The notes under the pieces: generated by a model
Told to the model about the DNA's origin: nothing
Seen by the model: the letters and a program-made list of their open reading frames with translations, nothing else
Database searches by the model: none
Part shown: positions 25,892 to 38,300 of the stretch, piece by piece
Position numbering within the stretch: the first letter of the stretch is position 1
Layout of the letters: each line of letters begins with the position of its first letter
Position numbers and translations under genes: made by a program
Assembly (NCBI GenBank): GCA_964234715.1
Contig: OZ174277.1
Source of the DNA: Podarcis melisellensis
Lineage: Eukaryota
Strand: one strand, 5' to 3'
Length of the DNA stretch: 64,000 bases

Positions 25892-28800
25892 CCTATTTTT
25901 CTCTTGGTTTTTTTTTTTAAAGACTGTATTCTGAAATAATATGTTCTGGTGATAACACTATTACCAAAACATTTTTAAGTCACTGGTTTTTCATTCACTT
26001 CAGTGCAGTTCAGAGGAGTGCACACTCAAGATGACAGAGGGTCTTTTTCTTTTTTTAATTTGCCACTGACTCATAGCACGTAGCAGTTGCGGTAAAATCA
26101 GAACTACTTTTCCACTGGGAATTAAATGTGAGCAGACCGATTCAGCTAAAGCTAATGGTTATTGTGAATCATTGAAAGCCTTCTAAGTTAGTTCCTCTGG
26201 CTTTAGTAAGGCCTTCAGTATAATTCCACACATTAACTTGGAAGTAACTATTTTCAGTGGGTCTTACTGCATAGTAAACACGTTACAACTTCATTCAGCC
26301 TTAGTCACAACTAACTTTATTTGGATTGTAGGAGAGTTGTGTTAGGTCTTCAGAAGAATAGATTTTTGCCTGCCTCCATGGCTGCTTCCAGCAGACAGTG
26401 ACGCCAGCCTAAACAACTTGGAGTTATCATTTGATTTAGACATTTGCAAGGTGAAGTTAACGGGAAAGTAAAAGTCTTCGCTGTTGTGTGACTCCACTTC
26501 TATGTCTAATTAGAGTCTCAAAGCATTTTAAAAAGCCATATAAGGTGAATCATCTCAGTAAACAGCCCTTGACGTGAAAAACCAACACCTTTGCGGTGGG
26601 GAGGATACCTTTGCAAACAAAGAAAGGTGGCTTTCTGCAGTCAGCCCTTTTCTCTAGCAGCACAGCATGGGGTGACGGAAAAATCATTAACAGGCTCATC
26701 CTGCACTTTTCCCTTTTCCACACCTGCATACCACCATCCCCAATGCTGTAGCTTTATGGGCCATGAGGAGGCAGATTTGCCGCCATGAAACTCGGGAGCA
26801 AGCTGACAGCTGCAGAACAGCAGACACTAAAATGTAAAGGAGAGGAAGGGGAGAGATCACCTTTGAAGTCTACCAAAAGAAAAAGGGAAAACAGAAGGAC
26901 TTTGACCATTTCTTTTTTTAATTATCTGTCTCAGGTACATTAAGATATGAGCCACTAGGGCAGGGTTTGTTTTGTTTTGAAATACGCATGTTACAGTTAT
27001 GCGTGGATTCATAAGACCCTTCAAAATTAAAATTAAAATGTGCATTTAAAAATTATCATAGACTAGTGAGGGAAATGAGCCTTTTGAGCTAAAAACAGGT
27101 TGCATCATGGGGTGAAAATAGCAGCTGGGGGATTTTTGACAGGAAAGTGGATCAGGAGCAGGGCTCTGCAGCTGTATATCCTTCGGAATAAAAGTGAACG
27201 TATTGAATACATTTTTAAAAAAACACAGGATTAAAGCAATGTGTAGCTTGGTCTGTAGACGTCTGAATATTTTCAACTCCTATCCTGGGTGATAATTAAT
27301 TTACCTTCTTTCCCTCCCACCCCATCACTTTGAATAATGTCACAGAAGTAGATAATAGTTGCAGTGCATTAACCTGAAATTATGAGTCACACACCTCAAT
27401 AAGAAAGACTGCCTTATCAATGAACTCAAGGTTGGCCAATATTAAGATGTCTTATTTCCATGGGTGCCCTCTATTGGTTTACTGCAGAAAAGCATTCACC
27501 AATAATTATTGAATAGTTACAGATAGGTAGCCGTGTTGGTCTGCCATAGTCAAAACAACAAAAATTCCTTACTGGAAGGAATTTTTTTTGTTTTAATTAT
27601 TGAATAGACAGCTTCAAATATTCTTGAATGCTGCCGGAAGTCAAGTGATTTACTGTTTTATTCCACAAGAGTAATTACTTTCGTGTACTGCCTTGCCTAA
27701 CAGTTTATCTTTCTTACATCTTCATAGACTTTAATGGCTTTTTAATAATAATAATTTAAAAAAACAACCGTCGGCAGAACCGAAGAAACAGCTGTGTTTA
27801 TTTGTCACAGAGCAAAAACAGAAAAGAAAAATGGATCATATGGTTGCCTTTGTAATCTCTTTTTTGTGGTGGGGGTGTTTCCCCCTTGCTTACAGGTGGG
27901 TTTCTCCCCCAATTTTCCTCCCACAGTTGCTGCTTTCTTGGCTTTCTGAAGTGCAGAAAAGACTTGGAGAGCCATCTAGGACTCAGCAGGTGGTGAGTTC
28001 TTTCCTGTAATCTTTATCAGGCTTGCCCCATCCCACCTCTGTCTTCAGAGGAAGATAGTAGTAATAGTTGTTGTTGTTGTTTTGAGGTGGGGGGGGGAGA
28101 CACGGGTTAGTGGGGGAAGTCCTATTTATTCTCTGTCTGGAGAAGCCAGAGTGTTACAGTATGGAGGAGAATTTCCGAAGAGTCAAGCTCAAGCTGAGGC
28201 CCAAAGGAGAAGAAAGGGAAGCCTTTATTATGATAATAGCGATGAGCTGGGTAAAAAGAGCTCTCACAATGGGGCTAGGCTACTGTGCCTTCAGCTGCTT
28301 CCTGCTAGGAAGATTCACAAGTCTCCTTTACATAGGATGATTAGAGAACTACAAAGTCAAGGGGGGTGGTGGGTTTCACTCTCTTATCTGGAGCCCATCC
28401 AGCTTAACAGTTCTGATTCTCCAAGACTGCTGCTTTTATCAGCCCAGCCTGTGAGGTTATATTAAATGATAAATGTTTGGCACTCAATATAGTGTCATTT
28501 ACTCTCCCAACCCCCTCCCCCTAAAATCATGGGTCAGATACCAAAAAGCAAACAAAGCCCTTTGCACTACAATTGATTTTGGTGGGACTTTATTTAACAG
28601 CAGCAAAACTAGGACGCAGGCATTGATACTGTTTAGTTTGCCTAATTGTCCATGCACCCTTCATTGTAAAGAGGGGTGAGGGGAATTAGTTAATTTTGGG
28701 GAAGTTTGCTCCTTAACCATGCCAGGGGTGGGTCAACATTGCCTTTCTTTCAAAAGGTTCCCCTCTTGCATTTTCCTCCAGGATACTCAGCCTCCTCCTA

Positions 28801-31800
28801 AAGGTGTAATCAGGCTTCCTAATCAGTTATGTAGATAGAGAGCAGGTTTGGGGCTGCCTCCCATTTAGGACTATAAATATCGGCTTACATTGATTACCTT
28901 TTCCTGTAGGTCTTTCTTTTGAAACCCTTTTATATTATTACTGTTTCATCGTTTAGATGATTTCAGACCGCAATGTTTCCCAAGGAATAAGAATCGAGCA
29001 TCATATGTATTGTTATATAAGCATGTGGGTCACAATAATAGATTAATATTGTCCCTGCATATCAGCTCAAAGTCTTGCAGTGATTTCTGCATTAATGGAT
29101 TCATTGGATTTTATGCAGTGAGAGTGAGAGACAACAGTTCTTCCTCTTTAAGTCGTTGAAAAGTATAGCAGATGTTTTGTTTTGGCCAATTTTTCCTGTT
29201 GAAATTCAACTGGACGGACAAAGTGGGCCTTTCAATCATACAAGGACAGAATAAGATTTCTGAAATTTTTGGTAGAGGGTAGAAAACTATTGCATTTTAA
29301 AGTAATATACATATGACATACCTGTCTTTATTATTTTGCTATTCAGGTCAATAAAAATGTTAAGTAGTATGGTAAAATACATTGACTATCTTGCACACGG
29401 TCACACTTGGTGGGTGCCACTGAATGAATGAAAGTCTTCAATGGAGGTCTGAAGTTTTGAAAAGGAAGCTACTTCAGCCAAACCCTGTTCTGTTAGTACG
29501 CCACTGACATCTTACAGTGCCATCTTAACCACGTCCACTCAGTCGCATTGAATCCAATGTTTCTCGCTCCCAGGTTACTGGGGTTACAACTGCAGCCTTA
29601 AATAAGTTTTGAATAGGAAGTTATCTTAGGCCCTTTGTAGTGGTATTGCTTTAACAAGAACATTATTTAGTATAATAATGAAATAGCACTTGAGAATGTT
29701 CAAAACACATCACGTTCATTATCTTGCATTCCTTACAAAACTGCCCTGAGAGTTTGGTTGAGATGAGAACCAAGGCTGATAAATGGTGGTTGACCTTTGG
29801 CTTTCTAGTCAGTTGGAATTGGGCCAAAGTTGTGATATGCTTTAAGCATATTCTAGAATCTAGACTTGGTCAGTATCTTTGTAGACCAAACGTTGATGTT
29901 ATCCCAAGTGCTTCATCAGCCTACATGTTAAACAGAGAAATTGGCTGGGGAGGGGGGGCAAGAAAGAGAAATGCAATTAAGCGTCTCAAAACTTCCCAGC
30001 CCCACAATTTACACTGGGGATAAAAGAAAGTACTCTTCATTTTATCCATTTCCATTGCCTCAAGGAGGTGATGTTTATCTGCACAGAGTTCCTGACTAAG
30101 GAAAGTTTTGTTCCTGAGAAAAGCTTGCAATACAATTAAGGATGAGATGAAGGAGCCAAGCCGTGAATGATCTACGAACAATTTATTCTGGAGTACTGCT
30201 GACATTGGTGGCTTTACTGTACATATGGTTGTAGAGCACATATATTTATAGATAGAATTGGACTTTGCCCATGAATGCAGCTGTAAGTTGTATGCCTGCT
30301 GCTATGCTCACTTTGGGTTGTGTCAAATGCTGCTGTTCCGCTCATGCAAGAAACTCCCACTTGTGCGATGGGACTTCCCCTCTCTCTCCACCACCAGCTC
30401 CACACATGTCCTCAAAATCTTCTCCACAAGGTTGGAGAACCCTCCAGATTTTGGGAGCACACAGGGGGAGGAGAGGAAGGGGAAGTCTTGATGTGTAAGT
30501 AGAACTCTGCTGAGGCAGCTCTGCATACAACCCTGTGACTCTCCCCCGCTTTCTTTCTGAAAGCTGCACCCCCCCCCTCCTCAATACTTCAAGGTCTCCA
30601 TACAGGTCATCCCTCCAGGACATAACATCTCAGTAGTACTGAAGCAGGCTGCAACCACGGTGTCACTTTCTGTCGGTGGCCAGTGATGATATTCCCATTC
30701 TTGTGGTGCTTTCCAGCATTTGTAAATACTTTTAGCATTCCTCTCCTTTGCTTATCCCTGAGCTGATTGAGATGGAACAGAGCCTTCAAAGCTCATTCAC
30801 CTAACACCATTCTACATGTAGCACCAAGTGAACAAGCCCTGAAGGATCATTGGGCTCACATGCTCTCTTCTTCTCCCTTTGCACACTATATTTCTCTCCT
30901 TCCTTTCCTGGTTTATGTCACACCATAGTCCATAATTCCATTGGAACTGGCAAACTCTGGAAACTGCTTCACAGAGACAATTCTCATGCATTCCTTATGT
31001 CATCCATTAAGTAAGGCTGAGGCTCCAAAAAATGAATGTGCAGATTGTTGGGATGTGATTACATGCTAGGAGATGATATATTTATTAGATATTTTCCTTC
31101 CTTCCTCATGTTTGTGAGTTCAGCAGAGTGCCACCCCTTTGCAGCTTAAAGGGAAAGCTTAGATAGGCTAGTGTATAAGCTCTAACATGCTTTTTTATTA
31201 TTACTGACAGAAGAAAACATGCAAACAAAATCGGAAATATGAACAGCAACTTCACTCATTGCACCATATATATTATTTTTCTCTTCTTAACATGGCATTA
31301 TCCAGGAGGTGAGTTTGGTAATAACTTTGCACAACATAGAGGCAATTTGTCTAGTATACCACTTTATAAATGGCTTTTATGACTCTGTGCTTAAACTACC
31401 ATGCTGGCAAAGCCTATTGTAGTTTTGCCAAAGCTAAAAGAAGCCATTTAAGGATCACGGTAAAAAGCAGTTGTGATTTCATGCAACTAAATCCCATAAG
31501 TTATCAAAACTTACTTTGGAATAAACCTAGCCAGATTTGAGTTTATTATGGAAAACAATGCTGTCTGTTCAAACAGTTGTTGCATTAAAAACTTTCAAAA
31601 GAGGCTTTAAAAATGTATAGGCAATGAATAACAGAATTTTTAGAGGCTATAAGTCTTTTTTCCAGAAGAGTTAGGGTGAAGCAGTAGCAACCGATTCTAC
31701 CAGCAATCATCCTAAGAATTCATAATCTGTTTTCCTGAAATGATGGTGAAGACTGTTACGGTCTCAGCTTGCAGCCTTAATAAATATGTAAAGTAATGTT

Positions 31801-33688
31801 CATTCAGTGGAAGTAAGCAATGAAATAACAAATTTACAGTAGTTTGGCTTTGGCTGAACTTGGTAGCCAAAGCAAAAACCATAGTTCTCTGTCCTTGCTC
31901 CTTCTGTTTCTGAGGTTTTTTGGCCTCACAGCTGCTGAGGAAGGTCCTGCCTGGGCAGCAAAGAGTTTGCCCATTTGCTTGCTTCTTTGCTAAATAAATA
32001 AAGCCCCTCCTCCCTTGCCCTGGACAGGCCTGATACATTCTCATAATAGTAGATCTCTCAAAGAGATTCTTTGGACAGTTTCCTTTTTGAATAGTAGCAG
32101 GTGGGATTGTGTATAATACATAGAATGAATGTTTATATGTTTCCTTTTAGCAGCTCAACGGATTAGACAAAAATTCATTGCACAGCATGTGGGGTCCAAT
32201 GAGCTGGGGATCACCTTCACTAAAATGAACTTCAGCCTGTTTTATTTTTGTGATGCTCAAAGTTTTTAGCAAATATATTTGGCTGACTGGCTGTCTTGGT
32301 GAGCTGGCCACACTTGAGGATAGCCTCCTTATTGCAAAAATGGTGGTTGGTGGCCAGTGATACGTATATTGAAGCCCACATCAGTTCACAGGAACAAGAA
32401 GGTACCGTTCAAATTAAAAATGACTCTTCTTGCATTGCATTAGCCACATGAAAGAGAGAAAAAGAGAGAGATGGTGCCAAGAAACATTCTTAGGATCAGT
32501 TGTGGAAGGATCAAACTCTAATGAGATACTTTGCGGGCAAAATGTGTAACTCTACTGTGCCCCAGAGCAACCATTGGCTTCCTTGCTTTCATGCACACTT
32601 AAAACAACTATAATGCATTGCCACTAAATCAAGTAGATTGTGGGTGGGAACTAAAAGCAGCTAGGACAATACCTGCTCTGTTTTTAAGAATCTATTATCC
32701 ATGTTTCTTTTCTTGATTTGCTTTTTGTTTGGTGCTATCTAGGCTCCTAGAACAAAACGGACAGTTTACAGATGTCAGAACAAAGCAGAGTGTGCATGAT
32801 CTGGTTAGTAATCACCACCATCAGCTATGAAAAATGTTGCATTGTATACAGGCAAACATTATTCGATATGCCTTTGATTTGAATTAGGCCCCTGTCTTTG
32901 TTTATGCCACTTGATACTTTATGTTGTTTAACCTAAAGATTATAACACTAAAGTTATTTCTTACCTGTGGAGTTTTAAGAAATAACTCCCCAAAGTGTGT
33001 TAATGGCATTTAGCACTTAAATGCACCAGTGGATATTGAACTCAGCACTGAATCGCTGTTCAAAGAGCACACTTTACCCGGGATATAACCACATGGAAAC
33101 TCTGTATTTAGGAAAATAAGGAACCTACATTTACTGCAGGAAATATGTGCTCAATAGGAAAAATCCTAGTTCTAACCAAGTAAGGTGGAGAATGCCAGGA
33201 GCCATGCTTGCTCGTGTATTTTAGCAAGAAAGACACAGTGTTTTGCCGCCTGAGGCGAAATGGGAAGGCTTTGCTCTGAACGTGCACCACACGCTGTCTT
33301 CCCCCACTTGCCTCCCCCGCCAAAGCCTTGCTTACATGGGCACAGCTGTAGCTTCTGGGTCTGTTTTGCGAGAGCCCTGAAAAATGTCACAGCAATCTTG
33401 CCGGAACCTGGATCCTGTTGCAGCTGATTCTCCTTGCCTCTCCGGCATCAGTGCAGCACGTCCCAGAGGCATCCCTTGGATTCTACCACCTGAGGCAGAT
33501 GCCTCAGTCTGCCTTATGGATGGGCTGGCCCTGTTTGAGATTGGTCCGCAATTGAAGCAGCAGGGCACAGCTGACAAGAGTAAGAGTTTTCACTACCAGT
33601 AGGTGAATCTTGGAAGAGAACCAGAAAAAAATGCCTGAGTGTATTAATAACTACTACAAAATGATAATGGGAGCCATCCCGATCCTTC

Positions 33689-33733
<45 letters not shown>

Positions 33734-34966
33734 CAACCTGACACTGGAGGTTGTGTGTGGTCAACTGTATTAAGTTATAAGTATCCACAGTTCTCTTTTA
33801 AGGTTCAAATAGCAGTAGGTTTGAGTTTTGAATTTAGTAAATAGGATTGTTAAATTTCATGTTAGACTCATTTTTAATCATTTTAATTGCTTCAAAATGA
33901 CATTTTTAAAAAGCCTTGCATTATACTAATTTTGTTTTCATTGTCTCAAGATGAATTATTTGTATCCAAATTTCCATCAACGATCTGGAATGAATCAGGG
34001 CAACAGCTTAATAGAGGAAAACCTGGTTCCATCTTTAGTAAGTAGAAACCTGCAGGAAATGCATTGCAAGGACTCCACCAAAACATTAAGAATTTTGAAA
34101 GAAAACAAAAAGATGTTAAAGCAACATAAAGATAGAAGTGTTCTTGAAATGTGAGTACATGTAACCTGTAGACTGAGGCTTGTGTCCATTCAATCTTTTA
34201 CCTGGTAGATGGATATCACAACTTAAATAAAGTTGTAATTTCTAATAATGTTATTTTCAGTTTCCCTGATAGAGTTGAAACTCAGAACATCTCTACCTTT
34301 GCCCAGCCTGAAATGGTTCCTGTGCCTTTAACTCTGGGAGATGTTGCTCTCTATGCTCAAGTTGTGGTAGGTTCATACTTCTTTCTTCCTTTCCTCTATC
34401 GAGTCCATTACTTACTATGATGTCAGTAATTCACTGAACCTGGTTTATCAGGTTCATCTAAAAGAAAACCTTATTGGAAAGTAAACAATGGGTCTTTAAT
34501 GTGAATGGGCATTCTGTAAAATAAAAAAATGCAGTTTTCATACATCTCTTCTCAATGCTACTATAATTCTGTACAGACCAAATTTGCAGTACCTGCCAGA
34601 CATTTCAAATTAATCTAATCGTGTATGTGTGTGTAATTTTTTTTTTGCAATACAAGTCAATTAGGCCTCTTATCTCAGAGGTAAACAATAATTTTTTGTG
34701 AAGTACAACATGCTTTTTCCAGCCATTTATATAGAGGATCAGTACTACAATTGATGGCATTGTAAAACAGCTGTTGTTCAAGCTTATATTACTGTTCATG
34801 CGCATATGCTATTTTCTTGGTTGTTAAATTGATCATACCATATGGCGTAATTTATTAATATACAGCTGAACTGTACATTGTTGCTTTTTAGGAAACCACA
34901 CCATTAAACACATATTGGACAAATTATGTTGACAATGACTCCATCATCAACAGTGAAAAACAGTAA
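9541..34966 (+). CDS. Uncharacterised multi-exon gene upstream of TBXT (candidate T2 / 'brachyury 2'-like); join(9541..9627,12047..12185,14040..14134,23892..23996,27927..27992,31211..31308,32743..32803,33951..34150,34261..34366,34892..34966); 1032 nt, 343 aa, 5' incomplete
   Basis: Ten segments with polypyrimidine-AG acceptors. Eight of nine donors are GT; the donor at 12186 is non-canonical. Phases chain 0-0-1-0-0-0-2-0-2-0 into one stop-free frame ending [23 protein letters not shown] at 35343-52. The T2 identity is inferred from synteny only. Confidence 0.75.
10870..11250 (+). mobile_element. L2-type LINE 3' end; boundaries approximate
   Basis: Ends GCTGCCCTGAGCCCGG...GGGTGGGGTATAAATAAAATTTATT, typical of squamate L2-like tails. 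Confidence 0.55.
12047..12185 (+). CDS. T2-like gene exon (0-1): [46 protein letters not shown]
   Basis: Long pyrimidine tract ending cctaag|ATT. The phase-compatible donor is the atypical A|GCTGAGTAT. Confidence 0.7.
12583..13888 (+). mobile_element. 5'-truncated L1 LINE 3' end, interrupted by the SUB1 retrocopy
   Basis: Joined across the retrocopy it reads [20 protein letters not shown]...W(stop)ETALLEKLT...F..VWLPF, an L1 ORF2 C-terminus pattern. AATAAA 13856-61 and an A-rich tail follow. TSD AACTTTGCAGTGAA at 12569-82 and 13889-902. Confidence 0.85.
12612..13237 (+). pseudogene. SUB1: Processed SUB1 (PC4 coactivator p15) retrocopy with intact ORF 12670..13050 (126 aa)
   Basis: Intronless [24 protein letters not shown]...[26 protein letters not shown]...AVRKL, with short UTRs, ATTAAA 13196-201 and an A-tail at about 13223-37. 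TSD ATAAAGAGCTC(A/C)TAAC at 12596-611 and 13238-253. Confidence 0.93.
14040..14134 (+). CDS. T2-like gene exon (1-0): (M)[31 protein letters not shown]
   Basis: ttttaattgacag|TG; donor AAA|GTAAGC; open frame. Confidence 0.65.
15282..15679 (+). mobile_element. 5'-truncated, young CR1 LINE
   Basis: Uninterrupted [23 protein letters not shown]...WNLLP...FKQRLD (CR1 ORF2 C-terminus); 3' end TTCCAACTCTATGATTCTATGA. Confidence 0.92.
22360..22451. mobile_element. Small PIF/Harbinger-like MITE
   Basis: Ends TTAGCCATATTCACATA / TGTGTGAAGAGGGCTAA are 14/17 complementary, including TTA/TAA ends. Confidence 0.5.
23892..23996 (+). CDS. T2-like gene exon (0-0): [35 protein letters not shown]
   Basis: cttattttcatacag|AGT; donor ATG|GTAGGT (alternative donor GTAG|GTGAGA 4 nt later). 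Confidence 0.65.
25821..25888. repeat. Compound (GA)n-(CA)n microsatellite
   Basis: Direct reading. Other simple repeats: (CCT)n 16777-810, (CA)n 33692-730, 47647-677 and 50400-422. Confidence 0.95.
27927..27992 (+). CDS. T2-like gene exon (0-0): [22 protein letters not shown]
   Basis: ttttcctcccacag|TTG; donor GTG|GTGAGT. Confidence 0.7.
31211..31308 (+). CDS. T2-like gene exon (0-2): [32 protein letters not shown]
   Basis: ttattactgacag|AAG; donor GAG|GTGAGT. Confidence 0.8.
32743..32803 (+). CDS. T2-like gene exon (2-0): (R)[20 protein letters not shown]
   Basis: tgctatctag|G CTC; donor CTG|GTTAGT. Confidence 0.8.
33951..34150 (+). CDS. T2-like gene exon (0-2): [13 protein letters not shown]...[10 protein letters not shown]
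   Basis: ttttcattgtctcaag|ATG; donor AAT|GTGAGT; coincides with ORF 33951..34154. Confidence 0.8.
34261..34366 (+). CDS. T2-like gene exon (2-0): (I)[35 protein letters not shown]
   Basis: gttattttcag|T TTC; donor GTG|GTAGGT. Confidence 0.8.
34892..34966 (+). CDS. T2-like gene terminal coding exon: [24 protein letters not shown]
   Basis: gttgctttttag|GAA; TAA at 34964-66. Confidence 0.8.
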   Translation, partial: ETTPLNTYWTNYVDNDSIINSEKQ

Positions 34967-35342
34967 CTACAAGTGGGATCTTTTGAAAATAATCTACTCT
35001 GTAGATTATTGTGATTAGTGTTGAGATTGGTGTGTGTGTAAGTGTTCCCCTACCATCCCTTTCTTTACTTAAAAGTTGAGAACATTTTTGAAAAGATAAC
35101 TATATAACTTTTATTAATGCATAGGGTTCTTTTTTTCTTTGTTGAAATATTGGGCATTGCAATGTATTTCCCCCCAAAATGTCATTTATTGTTATGCATT
35201 TATTCTCTCTCTCTCTCTCTCTCTCTCATAACTCCATATGCAAGTCTTGTTTTAATTCCTAAAAACCCCCACAACCCTTTGCATCCTTTCCACTGTGTTG
35301 CTTAAATCTGTAGGGGCATCAGTTGTGATAAATACTTTTTTT

Positions 35343-35352
35343 AATAAATAAA
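35343..35352 (+). terminator. Candidate polyadenylation signal (overlapping AATAAA x2) of the T2-like gene
   Basis: AATAAATAAA about 380 nt after the stop codon; assigned by position only. Confidence 0.4.
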
Positions 35353-38300
35353 CAACAACACTTTTAAATTCCAAGTTGTGCAAGATAATACTATCATTCT
35401 TTCATTAATTAAGAGGATGAAGAGCACAAATGACTGTTCCTTCCATTCCCTACTCTTAAATACGTTTCTTTGCCAACATCCACATATACTAAGGACTTTT
35501 CCCAGAAACTCTGAGGTTCTTTCTTCCACCACCACACCAGTGCCAGAGGGCACAAGAGACAGACCAACCTTGCTGGAACACACACTTCAGAAACCAAATG
35601 TGGCAACTTTAATTGCGAGATCATCATTTCCAAAGGGCCTTGCCTATGATATGTTTACAAGAGTATTTCATCCCCTAATAGGCTTCAGTTAGTGCTGGGC
35701 TAACACACCAGGTTACCTGCTCTCTGCTCTAGGTCTTGCTCTTCAACCTTAGGGGTCATGTGGGAGTTCCACGACTGGAAGCCACTAGAGAGCAATTTGA
35801 ATTGGGGCCATGATGCAGGGGGCAAGGGCAAATCCATTCCAAGACATTCGGCTGCCAGGGGCAAAAGATGATGAGTGGGCACACACAGCCAGTTCTATGT
35901 GCAAAGACTGACTGGACTGGTAAATACATCTGACTTGAGCAATGACAACAGTTGTGCATCTTTCAGTGCACATGACCTCCTCCCCCACCCCAAAGCTTTT
36001 TTTTAGCTGTGAAGGGAAAGATTTATGAGCTATGCCTGTAAATTTTTCACTGTATGGCTAACAGCAGAGAAGAGAAACTTTCTGACAGTGTGTGGTAGCT
36101 TCCCCAAAACTTACCTGATCTTGGCACTTTGCAAATTTAATTCATTATGCCCTTTAATACCCACTTCAAAAGATTTCTGCCTTTGGGTTTTGTACAGCTA
36201 CAAGTGATCAAATATATAGTCTTAAGGAAACACGTGGTGTTCAGAGTGCCTAGCTTCCCAACAATTCTTAACCATCATATGCTGTGAGGTATTGCAGTTT
36301 TGCTCAAATGCCTGCCATTGGTTTGTAGGTAGATTAAACTGATTCTCCTGCTCAAATGTATAGCCATGAGGATGCCAATGCCACAATGCCTGCTACCTTT
36401 CCTCTGGGGCCACCGATTGCCACAGCTCCTTCCAAGATTTGCCCTTACATTATAGGCCAAGTGAGAGGAGTGGCAGAGGATGGAAGTGGGAGATGCTGGT
36501 GAAGCACTGGAGGACACAGCTCTAGGGGCAGAAGGTGGCCTACCATGCTCCCTCTAAGCTCACCTGCTGCCCTCAGTGAGGAACACCACTAGGGTTCAAA
36601 GAAGATTCATCTGCCAGTCGCATTGGCTTTTGTACAGTACATGGAAAGTGGGGTAGGAGCTCTTTTCTTTCTCCTCAGACGACAAGACACCTTGGGCTGG
36701 TTCCTGGCTCCCATTCAAAATAGCTGCTGCAAGGAAAAAGGAATTATCCCTGGTGAATATGCACCAATCTTCTGATACTTCAGCTATGCTTGAAAGACTA
36801 AAGCAAGCTGCAAATTTTAGAAAGCAAACCAAAAATGATGCATTCAGTTTAAACTATTGCCTGCACAGTTGATCAGTCTCCAGTTTTAGAGCTTGTGAAA
36901 TTGTTTTGTGGTTGGTTATTTCTCGCTTGGGTTTGATGTGGGTGGGTGTTTATATGTGGTATTGCTGTTTTAATAACAGGCAGTGCACCAGTTCCATCTT
37001 ATTTGAGCATTCTACGCCACTGCGCTCTTTAAAAAAATACATGCTTGCACTGTCTAGCCCAAGTTACAGTGCTGGTTGCCTGCTTCTGTATGGTCCCTTT
37101 GCTTCCATGTTCCATAAAAGACATCCCATCATCTCGAAGCTGCCATATATATGCCCACATGATAGTGCAATCCAGATGCTGTAGATTCTTGGAAAGCAAA
37201 ATACACTGATCCAACACAAGCAACCTGTGAATAAAAACAGATTCCCTGTGTCCCATAGAAAGTTTAAAGTTTGTCAAGAGTCTTTCATATATAATTTCCC
37301 ACCCATTTTTCTCCTATTCATTTCTTACACACTCTTTATTTTCCAACTGCTTTTCTCTCTCCCTATATCCTTTCAATATCACATTACAACATGCTCTGCA
37401 AGTTCGCCTAAATCTGCTATACTGAATAGTTGGTTGCCGACATTTTTATTGTGCATTAGTAAGGTGACACACAGAAACCTGTGGGGGTGGGGGTAATCTC
37501 CCCCAAACTGGCCTTTATGAATATTACTTAACCCCTAAATAGTCTTTGAAGGAGAAACCCTTCCCTGGGGCACATCAGAAAGAAGCTACCCCCAGGTCCT
37601 AGAAATGTGTGAAGGTTTGGTAGTATATTGCCCCCTGGGTATGTTAAGTACTTTAAAGCATCCTGGCTGTTTCCTGTAATTACAGTCTCACTTTCTCTGT
37701 TTTGCTCCCTGGCTCTCCTCTTTCCATGTCACCTACTTCTCTGGGTTGCCAACTGCTCCTTCACCAGCAAACCTACCCCCCATCTCACCCCCACCACAGC
37801 AAAAAGCCAAGTTCACTTTTGCTGCCTCTAAATGAGGCAGGGGACCATGGAAATTTCCTGGCAAGCAAGTAATGTTAGAGGATTTCCTTCCCAGACTGCC
37901 ACACTTTTTACATGGCAGTCTGTTATGCTGTGATACTTGTGGTGCTTGTTGCAGTAAAGAGGTGGTGTAAATGGCAGACATGTGAAGGTGCCCTGCACTG
38001 AGTCAAACCTCTGATCCATCTACACTAGTGTTGTCTACTCCAGGGATAGCGAACATGGTGTCTTCTAGGCCTTGTGGACCACAACTCCCATCAGTCCCAA
38101 CTAGCAGGGTCAATGTTCAGGGATGGTTGGAGCTGTAGGCCGGCAACATCTGGATTTCTAATGCAGAACAATGTAGGAAGCACATCTTTGAAACAATGTG
38201 GTACTTCCAATCATGGAGACAAACCTCAATGGATTATTATTTTTTAACCTCCATTAACTGCATTATTAGAACCTACAACAGCAAAAAATAAGTGACCTAA

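Noticed and set aside
27811-27851. Extra mini-exon [14 protein letters not shown]
   Set aside because: Phase-compatible only with the alternative donor at 24001, with a weak donor and a 75-nt intron. Not needed for the open frame.
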